The notes: generated by a model not told the origin, from the sequence alone. DNA of 64,000 bases from an uncultured bacterium (GCA_964410905.1 CAYPIR010000002.1:14665-78664); one strand, 5' to 3'; shown: positions 37,717-48,011, counted from the stretch's first letter. Program-made: numbers and translations.

Positions 37717-38494
37717 TTTTAAATATCTTTATGGCCCTGTTAACTCGTGGAGAATAGGACGTTCGCTAGGCGTTGACCCTGTTTCTGCCACTCAAAAAAC
37801 TTGTTCGTTCGATTGCATTTACTGCCAAGCGGGGAAGACGATTATTTTGTCAAAAGAACGAGAAATTTTTGTTCCAACTAAAGAAATTTTCAATGAAATA
37901 AAAAATCTCCCAGAAGTCGAACTTGATTACATTACATTTGCCGGAAACGGCGAACCGACTCTTGCGAAAAATCTTGGGGAGCTAATCCGCGGAATCAGAC
38001 AAATACGAAAAGAAAAAATAGCAGTTATTACTAACGCTTCCATGATTGACCATAAAGATGTCCAGAACGATTTGTTTTTAGCAAATCGTGTGGAAGCGAA
38101 ACTTGACGGGGTTTTGTCTGAGACGTTTTATAAAGTAAACCAGCCGGCAAGCAGCATCACGATAAAAAAAATCATAGATGGGCTTTGCGATTTCCGCAAT
38201 AAATATCAAGGCGAAATGATTTTACAAATTATGTTTGTTCAAGAAAATAAAAATGAAGCGGAAGAAATTGCTAAAGTAGCCCTTGCCATATCACCAAACT
38301 TGATAGAGGTTAATACGCCGCTTAGAAAGTGTCTCGTTTCTCCATTGAGCCCTGATGAATTGAAATCTATTGAGAATGTTTTTAAAAAAGTTAGTCAAAA
38401 TGAAATTCCTATTCGCAACGTTTACGATACGGAACGGAAAAAAAGCCAGCCATTTTCTAAAAAAGCTACCGACAGAAGAAGGGGAAGGGAATAA
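37703..38494 (+). CDS. Radical SAM enzyme (function unknown)
   Basis: CSFDCIYCQAG (CX3CX2C) preceded by GPVNSWRIGRSLGVDPV, and a GNGEPTL SAM-binding motif. 263 aa, with no SPASM or other C-terminal extension. Confidence 0.8.
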   Translation: MAVNNFKYLYGPVNSWRIGRSLGVDPVSATQKTCSFDCIYCQAGKTIILSKEREIFVPTKEIFNEIKNLPEVELDYITFAGNGEPTLAKNLGELIRGIRQIRKEKIAVITNASMIDHKDVQNDLFLANRVEAKLDGVLSETFYKVNQPASSITIKKIIDGLCDFRNKYQGEMILQIMFVQENKNEAEEIAKVALAISPNLIEVNTPLRKCLVSPLSPDELKSIENVFKKVSQNEIPIRNVYDTERKKSQPFSKKATDRRRGRE

Positions 38495-38590
38495 AACGCA
38501 TAGCAAACGTTAAATCATTTATGGTCATAGCGTATATTTTTGAGTAGATTACACGGCATTTGCTTTTCTTACATTCAACCGGAGTTGCTT

Positions 38591-39967
38591 ATGAAAAAAA
38601 TATTTATAATTCTCTTTCTAATGCTTATTTCTTCCCCGTCATCTTACGCCGCAACGGAAGAACTTCCGCCGCTTCCTAACGGTCCGTTGATTCTTACCAG
38701 TGCCACGGTGGCAATGCAAAATCCTGATTTTTGGATTCGCCGAATCCCAAACGCTGAAGCGCCGATTAAAACGCCGAAGCAAATTCAGTTTTTCAACTCC
38801 GAAATTAAAAATATGGTTCACGAAAATATCGATGTTTTGGCGCTTGATAAAACACGGCCGGGCAAGCCCATTAAAGACCAATTAGAACTCGAATATACAA
38901 CTCTCAGAAACCGCAAACTGATGGATTCAAAAAACAAGCCTGTCCCCAAAAGTTTTTTTGAAACCGAGATAGCGCCTCGTATGCAAATTGACACTGTGCC
39001 GCAAAAAATAAAAGTAAAATTTGGCGTGGCGACAAAAGCAACAGACGTGCGAGCGATTCCTACCATGTTCAAAATGATAGAAGGCGTAAATGACGTGGAG
39101 TTTGACCAATTGCAATATACACTTATAAAACTTTGGACACCTGTTGCTATTTATCATACATCGGCAGATTTAAAATGGGTTTATGTTCAAGCGCCATATG
39201 TTCGCGGCTGGGTGCGGGCAAAAGACATTGCGGTTTTTGACAGTCGGGAAGCGCTTCAAGCCAAAATTAAAACATCAGATTTTTTGACAATTACCGGGGA
39301 AAGTGTTCCTGTATACGAGGACTCGGCATTAACAAAAACTCTTATTCGACCAACAATGGGTACTACTATCCCTCTTGCGTCAAAAGAACTTCAGGCTAGG
39401 TCGTATGTTGTTTGGCTGCCGTATAAAAAAGAAGGCGGAGCGGTTGCATTTACACGGGGATTTATCAATAGACAAAGCGATGTAACACGAGGATTCCCAG
39501 CATATAGCCCTGCGAACATTATTCGCCAAGCATTCAAACTTTTAGGTAAGCGTTATGGCTGGGGCGGACAATATAACGGCCGTGATTGTTCCGGTTTCAC
39601 CCATGATGTTTTTCTAAGCTTTGGAATTGACTTTCCGAGAGATTCAAAACAACAAGGCATGGTCGGCACGCAATTAGGATTTTTCAAACCCTTTGAAGAT
39701 GAGGATGCGCGCAGAGAGGCGCTGGCGGCTGCTCGTCCGGGGCTCACGCTTTTAAGAATGCCAAAACATATAATGTTGTATCTTGGATCATTAAATGGAC
39801 TGGATTATGTCATTCACTCAACTTGGGCGGAACGAACGGGAGATGATCCGGTGGAGGATAAAAAGAACAGAATTAATCAAGTTGTGGTTTCGGACTTGGA
39901 ACTAAATGGCCAATCATATTTGGGGTCTCTTTTTGACCGCGTAATTTCCATCAACGAGGTGGATTAA
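38591..39967 (+). CDS. Secreted SH3-like + NlpC/P60 (C40) cell-wall peptidase
   Basis: RBS GGAG. Signal peptide MKKIFIILFLMLISSPSSYA. C-terminal YGWGGQYNGRDCSGFTHDVF...HIMLYLG carries the C40 catalytic Cys/His arrangement. Confidence 0.8.
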   Translation: MKKIFIILFLMLISSPSSYAATEELPPLPNGPLILTSATVAMQNPDFWIRRIPNAEAPIKTPKQIQFFNSEIKNMVHENIDVLALDKTRPGKPIKDQLELEYTTLRNRKLMDSKNKPVPKSFFETEIAPRMQIDTVPQKIKVKFGVATKATDVRAIPTMFKMIEGVNDVEFDQLQYTLIKLWTPVAIYHTSADLKWVYVQAPYVRGWVRAKDIAVFDSREALQAKIKTSDFLTITGESVPVYEDSALTKTLIRPTMGTTIPLASKELQARSYVVWLPYKKEGGAVAFTRGFINRQSDVTRGFPAYSPANIIRQAFKLLGKRYGWGGQYNGRDCSGFTHDVFLSFGIDFPRDSKQQGMVGTQLGFFKPFEDEDARREALAAARPGLTLLRMPKHIMLYLGSLNGLDYVIHSTWAERTGDDPVEDKKNRINQVVVSDLELNGQSYLGSLFDRVISINEVD

Positions 39968-40488
39968 TGAAAGTTAAACGGATTTTTTTGTCGTTTTTTA
40001 TAAGTTTGTTTTTGCTTTCAACTATGCTGTTTGCGGATATAAAATCCGATACCAACCAAACTTTCTTTATAAACCTGCCTGATGACTGGATGGAACTCTC
40101 TATGCCGCTACAAAATGTTGTCGCGTCATACGGAAAAAAGGGAACGCTTGCGACCTTTCATATTATTGAACGCGAAATGGAGCAGACGAAATCAATTTCG
40201 GATATTAAATGGGAAGATCTTTTCAGCCCGCAATTTAAAGATATTGATATTAAAAAACAAGGCGAGACCACCGTCGGTGGCGAGCGAGCAAAATATTGTC
40301 TTTATACGCTTCACGAAGGAAATTTTAAAAATGTTATGGAGGGCGGGTTCTCGGGGAAGTATATGAATTATGTTTTGATTCATAAGGGACTCTTATATTC
40401 AATAACATTTAAGGATTTGAAAGAAGCGTTTGTTTTGAACTATGCGGATTTTTTGAAGATTATTCAGACTCTAAAATTTGAAGCGTGA
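39967..40488 (+). CDS. Secreted hypothetical protein
   Basis: Signal peptide MKVKRIFLSFFISLFLLSTMLFA. No recognisable domain. Start overlaps the upstream stop. Confidence 0.5.
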   Translation: MKVKRIFLSFFISLFLLSTMLFADIKSDTNQTFFINLPDDWMELSMPLQNVVASYGKKGTLATFHIIEREMEQTKSISDIKWEDLFSPQFKDIDIKKQGETTVGGERAKYCLYTLHEGNFKNVMEGGFSGKYMNYVLIHKGLLYSITFKDLKEAFVLNYADFLKIIQTLKFEA

Positions 40489-40501
40489 AAAGAGGTCATC
40501 C

Positions 40502-40888
40502 GTGAATTTTGATAAGTTGACTGCGGATATTTTAAATCTTTCCGTGGAAGAAAAACGATTTCATTCTGAGAATCGATTGGAAATTGTAGTCGCAAAGCAA
40601 AATTTTGACAATTTTCGAGATGTGTTAACGAGTTATTTTGGGACTCCTTATAAATCCGCGGGAAAATATCCAAATGGCACAGCCAAAAGAATAGCAAAAC
40701 CATATGGGGGGATTCGACGAGAACAAACCCTTTATCTGAACACTGATGAAATCAAAACCACCATTGTGCTGATTTGGCCATGGGGCTGCGGTGTTCGTGC
40801 TACGCTTAAAATTTTGATTGTTGAAAAAGCCGCTGCCGAAACCTCTTTGGGAATAATTGCGTTTTTTAAAAGCTTATTCGCTAAGTAA
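40502..40888 (+). CDS. Hypothetical protein
   Basis: ORF with GTG start after RBS AAGAGG. The TTG-extended version from 40478 overlaps the upstream gene. No recognisable domain. Confidence 0.35.
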   Translation: MNFDKLTADILNLSVEEKRFHSENRLEIVVAKQNFDNFRDVLTSYFGTPYKSAGKYPNGTAKRIAKPYGGIRREQTLYLNTDEIKTTIVLIWPWGCGVRATLKILIVEKAAAETSLGIIAFFKSLFAK

Positions 40889-40926
40889 ATATCGATATTT
40901 AAACATCGATATTTTTTTATCGATGC
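40888..40926 (+). promoter_or_regulatory. Three ATCGAT-centred palindromic repeats, candidate Rrf2 operator(s)
   Basis: aaatATCGATattt is a perfect 14-nt palindrome, followed by catcgatattt and tatcgatg at about 16-nt spacing. It ends 45 nt upstream of the Rrf2 regulator RBS. Confidence 0.45.
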
Positions 40927-40982
40927 TAATTGGACAAAAAGAGTCTGGTTTGATAAAATCTCTTATTTTTAGGAGGCTATTG

Positions 40983-41429
40983 ATGAGATTTACAAGCAAA
41001 ACAGAATACGCAGTGATATGTCTTGGTTTAATGGCGAAAAACGAGTCGTCTCACTCTGTGACTGCAAAAGAAATTGCGGACGAAGAGGGAATGTCTATCA
41101 CGTTTATAGAAAAGATTTTACAGGTTCTGCGACGTGCTGGGATTGTAGCCTCTCATCAAGGAAATCGCGGTGGGTGGGTTTTGTCGCGCGATCCAAAAAA
41201 TATTTCATTAAAAGAAATTGTTGAAGCTACTGAAGGAAGCACATTTGAGGTTTTTTGCGAAATCAAGAAGCGAAAAAAAATAGTGTGCGGACGTTCTTCG
41301 CTTTGCGAATTGAAACTCATTTGGGACGCGACCAAAGAAACATTGGATAATCTTTATCAAAATATCAATCTTGCGGATATCGCGAAAGCGATGTCTGAAG
41401 CAAATAAAAAAGTAGAGATTTTTAAATGA
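40983..41429 (+). CDS. Rrf2-family (IscR/SufR-like) Fe-S cluster transcriptional regulator
   Basis: [29 protein letters not shown]...[40 protein letters not shown] is an Rrf2 winged helix. A C-terminal C-x6-C-x5-C cluster is present. Its stop overlaps the sufB start. Confidence 0.8.
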   Translation: MRFTSKTEYAVICLGLMAKNESSHSVTAKEIADEEGMSITFIEKILQVLRRAGIVASHQGNRGGWVLSRDPKNISLKEIVEATEGSTFEVFCEIKKRKKIVCGRSSLCELKLIWDATKETLDNLYQNINLADIAKAMSEANKKVEIFK

Positions 41430-42862
41430 GCGATGCGGATCCATTTGTTCATAAAGACTATGCTTACGGCTTTGAAACGCGTATTGATTCAGACGCGCTG
41501 CCGCGGGGGCTTAATGAGGAGACTGTCCGGTTAATTTCCAAGAAAAAAGACGAGCCTGAGTTTATGCTTGAATGGAGGCTTAAAGCGTATCGTGAATGGC
41601 TGACTATGAAAGAGCCGTCTTGGTCAACCGTCATATATCCTAAAATTGATTATCAGGACATCATTTATTATTCCGCGCCAAAGCAAAAAACTGATGTTCC
41701 AAAAAGTTTGGCGGAAGTTGATGCGGAGATTTTGAAAACGTATGAAAAATTGGGGATACCGCTTGAAGAGCAAAAACGTCTTGCGGGCGTGGCTGTTGAC
41801 GCGGTGTTTGACAGTGTTTCGGTCGCGACGACTTTTAAAGAAAAACTTAAAGAATACGGAATAATTTTTTGTTCGTTTTCGGAAGCAGTTAAAAATCATC
41901 TCGAATTAATTAAAAAATATCTCGGATCGGTCGTTCCAGTCCGTGATAATTTTTTTTCCGCACTTAACGCGGCGGTTTTCAGTGATGGTTCGTTTTGTTA
42001 TATCCCAAAAGGCGTCCGCTGTCCGATGGAACTTTCTACATACTTTAGAATAAACGCGCGGGACACGGGGCAATTTGAACGGACTTTGATTGTGGCGGAT
42101 GAGGGCAGTTATGTCAGTTATCTCGAAGGTTGCACCGCGCCGATTAGAGATAAAAATCAACTTCACGCGGCCGTTGTGGAATTGGTGGCGCACAAAAACG
42201 CGACTATTAAATATTCAACAGTTCAAAATTGGTATGCGGGCGACAAGAATGGGAAGGGCGGTATTTATAACTTTGTAACCAAACGCGGACTTTGCGAAGG
42301 CTCGCGAGCGAAAATATCGTGGACGCAAGTTGAAACCGGCTCGGCAATTACGTGGAAATACCCGAGCTGTATTTTGAAAGGAGATGAATCGATAGGGGAG
42401 TTTTATTCAGTCGCGGTTGTAAATAATCATCAGCAAGCCGATACTGGAACAAAAATGATTCACATTGGGAAACAGACCAAAAGCACAATTATTTCAAAAG
42501 GTATTTCAGCGCGATTCGGGCTAAATACGTATCGCGGACTTGTGAAGGTTTTGCCTCAAGCCGAAAACTCTCGCAATTACACGCAATGCGATTCTCTTTT
42601 GATGGGAGACCGTTCAATCGCTAATACATTCCCGACTTTGAATGTGGAAAACTCGACTTCACAAACGGAACACGAGGCTACGACTTCTAAAATAGACGAA
42701 GATCAACTTTTTTATTGCCGCCAACGGGGACTTTCGACAGATGACGCGGTGTCTTTGATTGTTCACGGATTTTGCAAAGAGGTTTTTAAAAATTTGCCGA
42801 TGGAATTTGCCGTTGAGGCGGGAAGACTTTTAGGAGTAACGCTAGAGGGCAGCGTTGGTTAA
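41426..42862 (+). CDS. sufB: Fe-S cluster assembly protein SufB
   Basis: 478 aa with a SufB/SufD beta-helix C-terminal region ([35 protein letters not shown]). Operon context. Confidence 0.9.
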   Translation: MSDADPFVHKDYAYGFETRIDSDALPRGLNEETVRLISKKKDEPEFMLEWRLKAYREWLTMKEPSWSTVIYPKIDYQDIIYYSAPKQKTDVPKSLAEVDAEILKTYEKLGIPLEEQKRLAGVAVDAVFDSVSVATTFKEKLKEYGIIFCSFSEAVKNHLELIKKYLGSVVPVRDNFFSALNAAVFSDGSFCYIPKGVRCPMELSTYFRINARDTGQFERTLIVADEGSYVSYLEGCTAPIRDKNQLHAAVVELVAHKNATIKYSTVQNWYAGDKNGKGGIYNFVTKRGLCEGSRAKISWTQVETGSAITWKYPSCILKGDESIGEFYSVAVVNNHQQADTGTKMIHIGKQTKSTIISKGISARFGLNTYRGLVKVLPQAENSRNYTQCDSLLMGDRSIANTFPTLNVENSTSQTEHEATTSKIDEDQLFYCRQRGLSTDDAVSLIVHGFCKEVFKNLPMEFAVEAGRLLGVTLEGSVG

Positions 42863-43021
42863 AAAATATAAAGTAAATGTATTTATAAATAAAAAATTCG
42901 TTCGTAGTTATCAAACCTCGGTCGATTTTCAGACTGCATTGTTTGCCAGCTGCTCCCGAATTTTTTATTCTTGCAAAAGTCAATAAGTTGTAGATATAGA
43001 AATAAACGAAAGGATTTTTAA

Positions 43022-43768
43022 ATGTTAGAAATAAAAGATTTGCATGTGAGCATAGAGGATAAAAAAATCTTAAAAGGAGTAAATCTTTCTGTCGGATGCG
43101 GCGAGGTTCACGCGATTATGGGACCAAACGGCTCGGGAAAGTCGACGCTAGCACGCGTTTTGGCGGGACATCCATCATACGTTGTAACCCAAGGAATAGT
43201 AATGTATGAGGGAAAAAATCTTATGGATTTATCCATCGAAGCCCGCGCACGCGCTGGAATTTTTTTAGCATTTCAGTATCCGATAGACATACCGGGAGTG
43301 AATAACGCGTATTTTTTAAAAGCCGCGGTCAACGCTAAAAGAAAATCTCTTGGCGAGGAAGAATTGGACGCGATGGATTTTTTAGCATTTATTAAAGAGA
43401 AAATGAAATTTGTCGAGATGGAAGAGAGTTTTTTGCAGCGTCCGGTAAACGAAGGTTTTTCAGGCGGAGAGAAAAAACGAAACGAAATTTTGCAGCTGGC
43501 GGCGCTTAGCCCAAAACTTGCCTTGCTGGACGAGACGGATTCAGGGCTTGATATTGATGCGCTTAGAATTGTCTGTGAAGGAGTAAATAGATTGCGGGAT
43601 AAATACCGCTCCTTTGTTTTGGTAACACATTATCAACGAATGCTTAATTATATTCAGCCCGATTTTGTCCATGTTCTTATGGATGGGGAAATTGTGTTGT
43701 CGGGCGACAAAGACTTGGCGTTTAAATTGGAAGAAAAAGGATATGATTGGATAAAAGAAGGAAAATAA
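43022..43768 (+). CDS. sufC: Fe-S cluster assembly ATPase SufC
   Basis: Walker [13 protein letters not shown] signature FSGGEKKR and Walker [13 protein letters not shown]. 248 aa, typical SufC size. Confidence 0.9.
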   Translation: MLEIKDLHVSIEDKKILKGVNLSVGCGEVHAIMGPNGSGKSTLARVLAGHPSYVVTQGIVMYEGKNLMDLSIEARARAGIFLAFQYPIDIPGVNNAYFLKAAVNAKRKSLGEEELDAMDFLAFIKEKMKFVEMEESFLQRPVNEGFSGGEKKRNEILQLAALSPKLALLDETDSGLDIDALRIVCEGVNRLRDKYRSFVLVTHYQRMLNYIQPDFVHVLMDGEIVLSGDKDLAFKLEEKGYDWIKEGK

Positions 43769-43774
43769 ACTCGA

Positions 43775-45076
43775 ATGACTTTTATTGAAACCTATAGAAA
43801 AAAATTTGAAAATGTGAACAAACGGCGAGAGGGAGAACCTTCCGAGATTGTTAAAATCAAAGAAGACGCGTTTCGCGTTTTTGAGGAGATGGGATTCCCC
43901 GCAGCCAAAGACGCGCTGTGGCGTTGGACGGATATATCAAAGCTAAAACAAGATTGGAAAGAGTCATCCGCTTTGCCGCGAACCCTAAGCGTAGAAGAAC
44001 GGGAAAAAATAGAGCAAATTCCTGAATCTTACCGTGCCGTTTTTGTTGACGGCATTTTTTTACAAGAGGAGTCGGCGCTTCCCCCAGAGATTCAAGTTTA
44101 TACTTTTGAAGAGGCGTTTAAAAAAATAGGCGATGAAATTAAAGAACTTCTTGAGCCGGTTAATATCGGATTGGATGCGTTTGACGCGCTCAATGAGGCA
44201 TTTTTCAAAAACGGTTTTGTAGTAAACATTTTGCCCAATACTATTGTCTCTAAGCCTGTTGCTTTTGTATTTCTTTCTACGAAAAACTCGAGTGATAACG
44301 CGACTAGGCTCCGGAACTTTATTTTTCTAGGAGAAAACAGCTTGGCAGAAGTCGCGGAATATTATTTTTCAAGCGCTGAGGCCAACTCATGGACGCACAA
44401 TGTAACGAAAATTTTGCTGAAGCGTAAAGCAGCGTTGAAACATTGGAAGCTTGTCGATGAATCTAGCCGGACAATTCATTTTTCCAAAACCCTGTTAAAA
44501 CAAAACACCGAAAGTTTTTATCAATCTTTTACTCTGTTACTCGGCGGAGAACTTTCTCGTTGCGCCGTGATCGCAGAGGAATGCGCTGGCGCAAGATGTG
44601 AAATAAACGGTTTGTGTCTTAGCAATGGCTCTCAACAACATGATTTTATTACTGTGGTTGATCACCAGGAAACGGGCGGGGAAAGTCACCAGCTTTTCAA
44701 AGGAATTTTTGCGGATGCTTCGCGAGGTTTTTTTCACGGGCGCGTGTTTGTCAGGCGAGACGCGCAAAATGTGGAGGCGAACCAAACGAATAAAAACTTG
44801 CTTTTATCAAACGCTGCAAAGGTAACAAGTGAGCCGCAGCTTGAGATTTTGGCGGACAATGTTAAGTGTTCTCACGGTTCGGCGATAGGTCAAGTTGACG
44901 AAGCGTCTGTTTTTTATCTTAGGTCGCGAGGGATTGGGGAATTTGAGGCTAAAAAAATTCTCGTGCAAGGCTTTGCTCGCGAAGTTATGGATGGCATTGA
45001 CCGTTTGCCCGTGAGAGAGTTTGTGCTTAAATGTATAGATGAAAAATTGTCTGAAACGTTTAAAGAAGGAAAATGA
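43775..45076 (+). CDS. sufD: Fe-S cluster assembly protein SufD
   Basis: SufB/D-family C-terminal region, placed between sufC and sufS. Overlaps sufS by 4 nt. Confidence 0.8.
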   Translation: MTFIETYRKKFENVNKRREGEPSEIVKIKEDAFRVFEEMGFPAAKDALWRWTDISKLKQDWKESSALPRTLSVEEREKIEQIPESYRAVFVDGIFLQEESALPPEIQVYTFEEAFKKIGDEIKELLEPVNIGLDAFDALNEAFFKNGFVVNILPNTIVSKPVAFVFLSTKNSSDNATRLRNFIFLGENSLAEVAEYYFSSAEANSWTHNVTKILLKRKAALKHWKLVDESSRTIHFSKTLLKQNTESFYQSFTLLLGGELSRCAVIAEECAGARCEINGLCLSNGSQQHDFITVVDHQETGGESHQLFKGIFADASRGFFHGRVFVRRDAQNVEANQTNKNLLLSNAAKVTSEPQLEILADNVKCSHGSAIGQVDEASVFYLRSRGIGEFEAKKILVQGFAREVMDGIDRLPVREFVLKCIDEKLSETFKEGK

Positions 45077-46311
45077 AAATGGAGAAGAATAAGATTTTTG
45101 ATGTTGGAAAAATTCGAGAAGATTTTCCGATACTCAAAGAGCTGGTTTATGGAAAACCGCTAGTTTATCTGGATAACGCGGCGACTACTCAAAAACCAAT
45201 GTGCGTAATTGAAACCATATCGGACTATTACAAAAAAGAAAACGCGAACATTCATCGCGGTATTTTTTGTTTGAGCGAGCAGGCAACCAAAAGATTTAAA
45301 ACCGCGCGCCACAAGGTCCAACATTTTTTAAACGCTTCATCTGATAAAGAAATTATTTTTGTTCGCGGAGCGACAGAGGGCTTGAATCTCATAGCGAATA
45401 GCTTTTCCCGCTCGTTCTTGAAATCCGGCGATTCGGTTTTAATTACGCATATGGAGCATCATTCTAATATTGTCCCTTGGCAGATTCTCGAGGCGGAGCG
45501 GGGAATCAAACTTAAAGTTGCTCCGATAAATGATCATGGCGAACTTATTTTAGAAGAGTTTAAGAAACTTCTCACGCCAGAGGTTAAATTGGTTTCGATG
45601 GTTCATATATCGAACGCGCTTGGAACAATAAATCCTGTTAGTGAAATTATTCGTCTTGCGCACGAAAAAAATATTCCCGTTATAGTTGACGGCGCGCAAG
45701 CGGTGGCTCATACAAAAGTTGATGTTCAAGCGCTTGATTGTGATTTTTATGTTTTCTCGGGGCATAAACTTTTAGGTCCGACAGGAATCGGCGTTGTTTA
45801 TGGAAAAAAAGAATGGCTCGAAAAATTGCCTCCATATCAGGGCGGCGGGGATATGATTCGGTCAGTAAGTTTTGAAAAAACAACTTACGCGGAATTGCCT
45901 CACAAATTTGAAGCGGGAACGCCGCATATCGCGGGGGTGATTGGGCTAGGCGTGGCGATTGATTATTTAACGGAAATCGGGTTGGATAAAATTGAGGCGT
46001 ATGAACAGGAACTTTTGAGTTACGGGACAAAGAAATTGCTGGAAATTCCATCAGTGAAATTGTTAGGAACGGCAAAGGCAAAATCCGCTATTTTGTCGTT
46101 CGTGTTGGGAGAAGCTCACGCTCACGATATTGGAACAATTTTAGACAGACAGGGAATCGCGATTCGCGCCGGGCATCATTGCGCGATGCCGGTTATGCAG
46201 CGGTTTGGCGTTGCCGCGACAACCCGCGCTTCGCTTGCTTTTTACAATACGAAAGAGGAAATTGATATGTTGGCAGATGCCGTTCGCGAAGTAACGGAAG
46301 TTTTTAAATGA
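45073..46311 (+). CDS. sufS: Cysteine desulfurase SufS
   Basis: Class V aminotransferase. The PLP-Lys region FYVFSGHKLLGPTGIGVVYGK and catalytic Cys region RAGHHCAMP match group II cysteine desulfurases. Confidence 0.9.
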   Translation: MKMEKNKIFDVGKIREDFPILKELVYGKPLVYLDNAATTQKPMCVIETISDYYKKENANIHRGIFCLSEQATKRFKTARHKVQHFLNASSDKEIIFVRGATEGLNLIANSFSRSFLKSGDSVLITHMEHHSNIVPWQILEAERGIKLKVAPINDHGELILEEFKKLLTPEVKLVSMVHISNALGTINPVSEIIRLAHEKNIPVIVDGAQAVAHTKVDVQALDCDFYVFSGHKLLGPTGIGVVYGKKEWLEKLPPYQGGGDMIRSVSFEKTTYAELPHKFEAGTPHIAGVIGLGVAIDYLTEIGLDKIEAYEQELLSYGTKKLLEIPSVKLLGTAKAKSAILSFVLGEAHAHDIGTILDRQGIAIRAGHHCAMPVMQRFGVAATTRASLAFYNTKEEIDMLADAVREVTEVFK

Positions 46312-46763
46312 GCGGCGATTTAAAAGAACTCTATCAACAAATGATTATGGACCATAATCGAAATCCGAGGAATTTTCACTCCATGCCCGCTCCCGCAAAA
46401 GAAGTGGAAGGGTACAATCCGCTTTGCGGCGACCATTATAAAATTTATGTGAAGCTAGCTGGTAACAAAATTGAAGACATAAGCTTTGAAGGGCAAGGGT
46501 GCGCGATTTCTAAATCTTCAGCATCAATGATGACCACGGCCATAAAAGGCAAAACTGTTGAAGAGGCGAAGCTTCTTTTTTCAGAAGTAATAAAAATGCT
46601 TTCCCGACAATTGGGAGACAAATTTGACGAAGAAAAAGTTGGTAAACTTGCTACGCTTGCCGGCGTATGCGAATTTCCTTCCAGAGTAAAATGCGCCTCT
46701 CTTCCTTGGCATACAATGATAGAAGCCCTCAACCCCACAGGAAAACAAATTACTACAGAATGA
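46308..46763 (+). CDS. sufU: SufU/NifU-like Fe-S scaffold (zinc-dependent sulfurtransferase type)
   Basis: NPLCGDHYKIYV, GQGCAISKSSASMMT and C-terminal CASLPWH carry the three conserved Cys residues of SufU. Overlaps the sufS stop. Confidence 0.85.
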   Translation: MSGDLKELYQQMIMDHNRNPRNFHSMPAPAKEVEGYNPLCGDHYKIYVKLAGNKIEDISFEGQGCAISKSSASMMTTAIKGKTVEEAKLLFSEVIKMLSRQLGDKFDEEKVGKLATLAGVCEFPSRVKCASLPWHTMIEALNPTGKQITTE

Positions 46764-46853
46764 CAAGCCGACCGTGAGGTCGCTAGACATTCAGTCATCG
46801 TGTATTGAACGCTGATGCGTAGTTTTGCGTTTGTCTTACAAGCATACGATGTT

Positions 46854-46884
46854 AGCCCTCGGAAGCAATTTCGGGGGCTTTTTT
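46854..46884 (+). terminator. Rho-independent terminator ending the suf operon
   Basis: GCCCTCGG...CGGGGGC hairpin followed by T6. Confidence 0.6.
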
Positions 46885-47090
46885 ATTGATGAAAATTATT
46901 ATTGTGAATGGGGATTGGAAAAAATAACAATGTGCTACATTTGTATTTACAAAGTAATGCAAATGCGAAGGTGGAGAAAAGTGATATCTTTTAAATTGGC
47001 GGCAATTAGCAGCGAAGATTATTTTGACACAGTTTTGAAAAAAGTTCCTAAATACAGACTCGAAACAGATTCTAAAAATAGAAAAAAGAA

Positions 47091-48011
47091 TTATTTATTT
47101 TTCAAAATATAATTTTTGACATAGTCGAGAATGCCTTCGCGGGTTGAATATCGGCATTTAAAACCAGTCATGGCTGTGTGGTGAGTCATGTCTGCTTGAG
47201 TGAAGTTTTGGTAAAAACTGTATGGGTTGTCGAAATATTCCGCTTTGAGAGCTGTCCCCAAAGCCTCGTTCAACGCGTCTACTATTTCATTAAAAGAAGT
47301 TGCTTGTCCCGTTCCCAAATTCATTACAGTCGACTTTTTCGCGGTATGTGCGAGAAGACAGGCTTCGACAACATCTTTTACGTAAATGTGGTCGCGTTTT
47401 TGCTCACCATTCTTAAAAATTCGAGGACGTTTTCCCTCAATCATCTTGAGCGCAAGTTGATAAATCATACTTGAGGCATGTTTTTTGTAGTATTCGCGGG
47501 GACCAAAAACGTTGAAGAAACGAAGCCCCACTAATTTAATGCGATTGTAGTAAGACGGCGCGAGTTGGTCCATAATCCATTTGGAATAGCCATAAATATT
47601 GTTGGGATTTCCCGCATCGGATTCTTTGATTGGACGGTCAATTGAACCGTATGTAGCGGCAGATGAAGCGTAAACAACAGCGGCTTTTTTTTCGACCGCT
47701 AAATCCAAAATATTGCGAAAACCTTCAATGTTGTCGAACATCATTTTCTTTTCATCAAGAATAGTTGTATCGGTAATAGCGGCCATATGATAAATGATGT
47801 CGATGTTTTTGCCCTTTGCCCAAGCAAGCCAAGATTTGTCCGAGCAATCGTAGGCAAGAACATCGCCTTTAAAGCCAAGAATGTTTTTAAAACTTGAGCT
47901 GCGGAAGTCTTCGAGAATTGTGATTTGAGCGTCAGGATGACGCGATTGAAGTTCCATGGCGATATTGGAACCAATAAAACCGGAGCCGCCTGTTACGAGA
48001 AAATTTTTCAT
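47091..48011 (-). CDS. hldD: ADP-L-glycero-D-manno-heptose 6-epimerase
   Basis: NAD(P)-binding VTGGSGFIGSNI. YASSAATYG, FNVFGPRE and FTQAD closely match HldD/RfaD. Confidence 0.85.
   Translation of the reverse strand: MKNFLVTGGSGFIGSNIAMELQSRHPDAQITILEDFRSSSFKNILGFKGDVLAYDCSDKSWLAWAKGKNIDIIYHMAAITDTTILDEKKMMFDNIEGFRNILDLAVEKKAAVVYASSAATYGSIDRPIKESDAGNPNNIYGYSKWIMDQLAPSYYNRIKLVGLRFFNVFGPREYYKKHASSMIYQLALKMIEGKRPRIFKNGEQKRDHIYVKDVVEACLLAHTAKKSTVMNLGTGQATSFNEIVDALNEALGTALKAEYFDNPYSFYQNFTQADMTHHTAMTGFKCRYSTREGILDYVKNYILKNK

Noticed and set aside
46825-47112. 95-aa ORF between sufU and hldD.
   Set aside because: It contains the suf-operon rho-independent terminator hairpin (46854-46884), overlaps the 3' end of hldD on the opposite strand, and has no RBS or recognisable domain.
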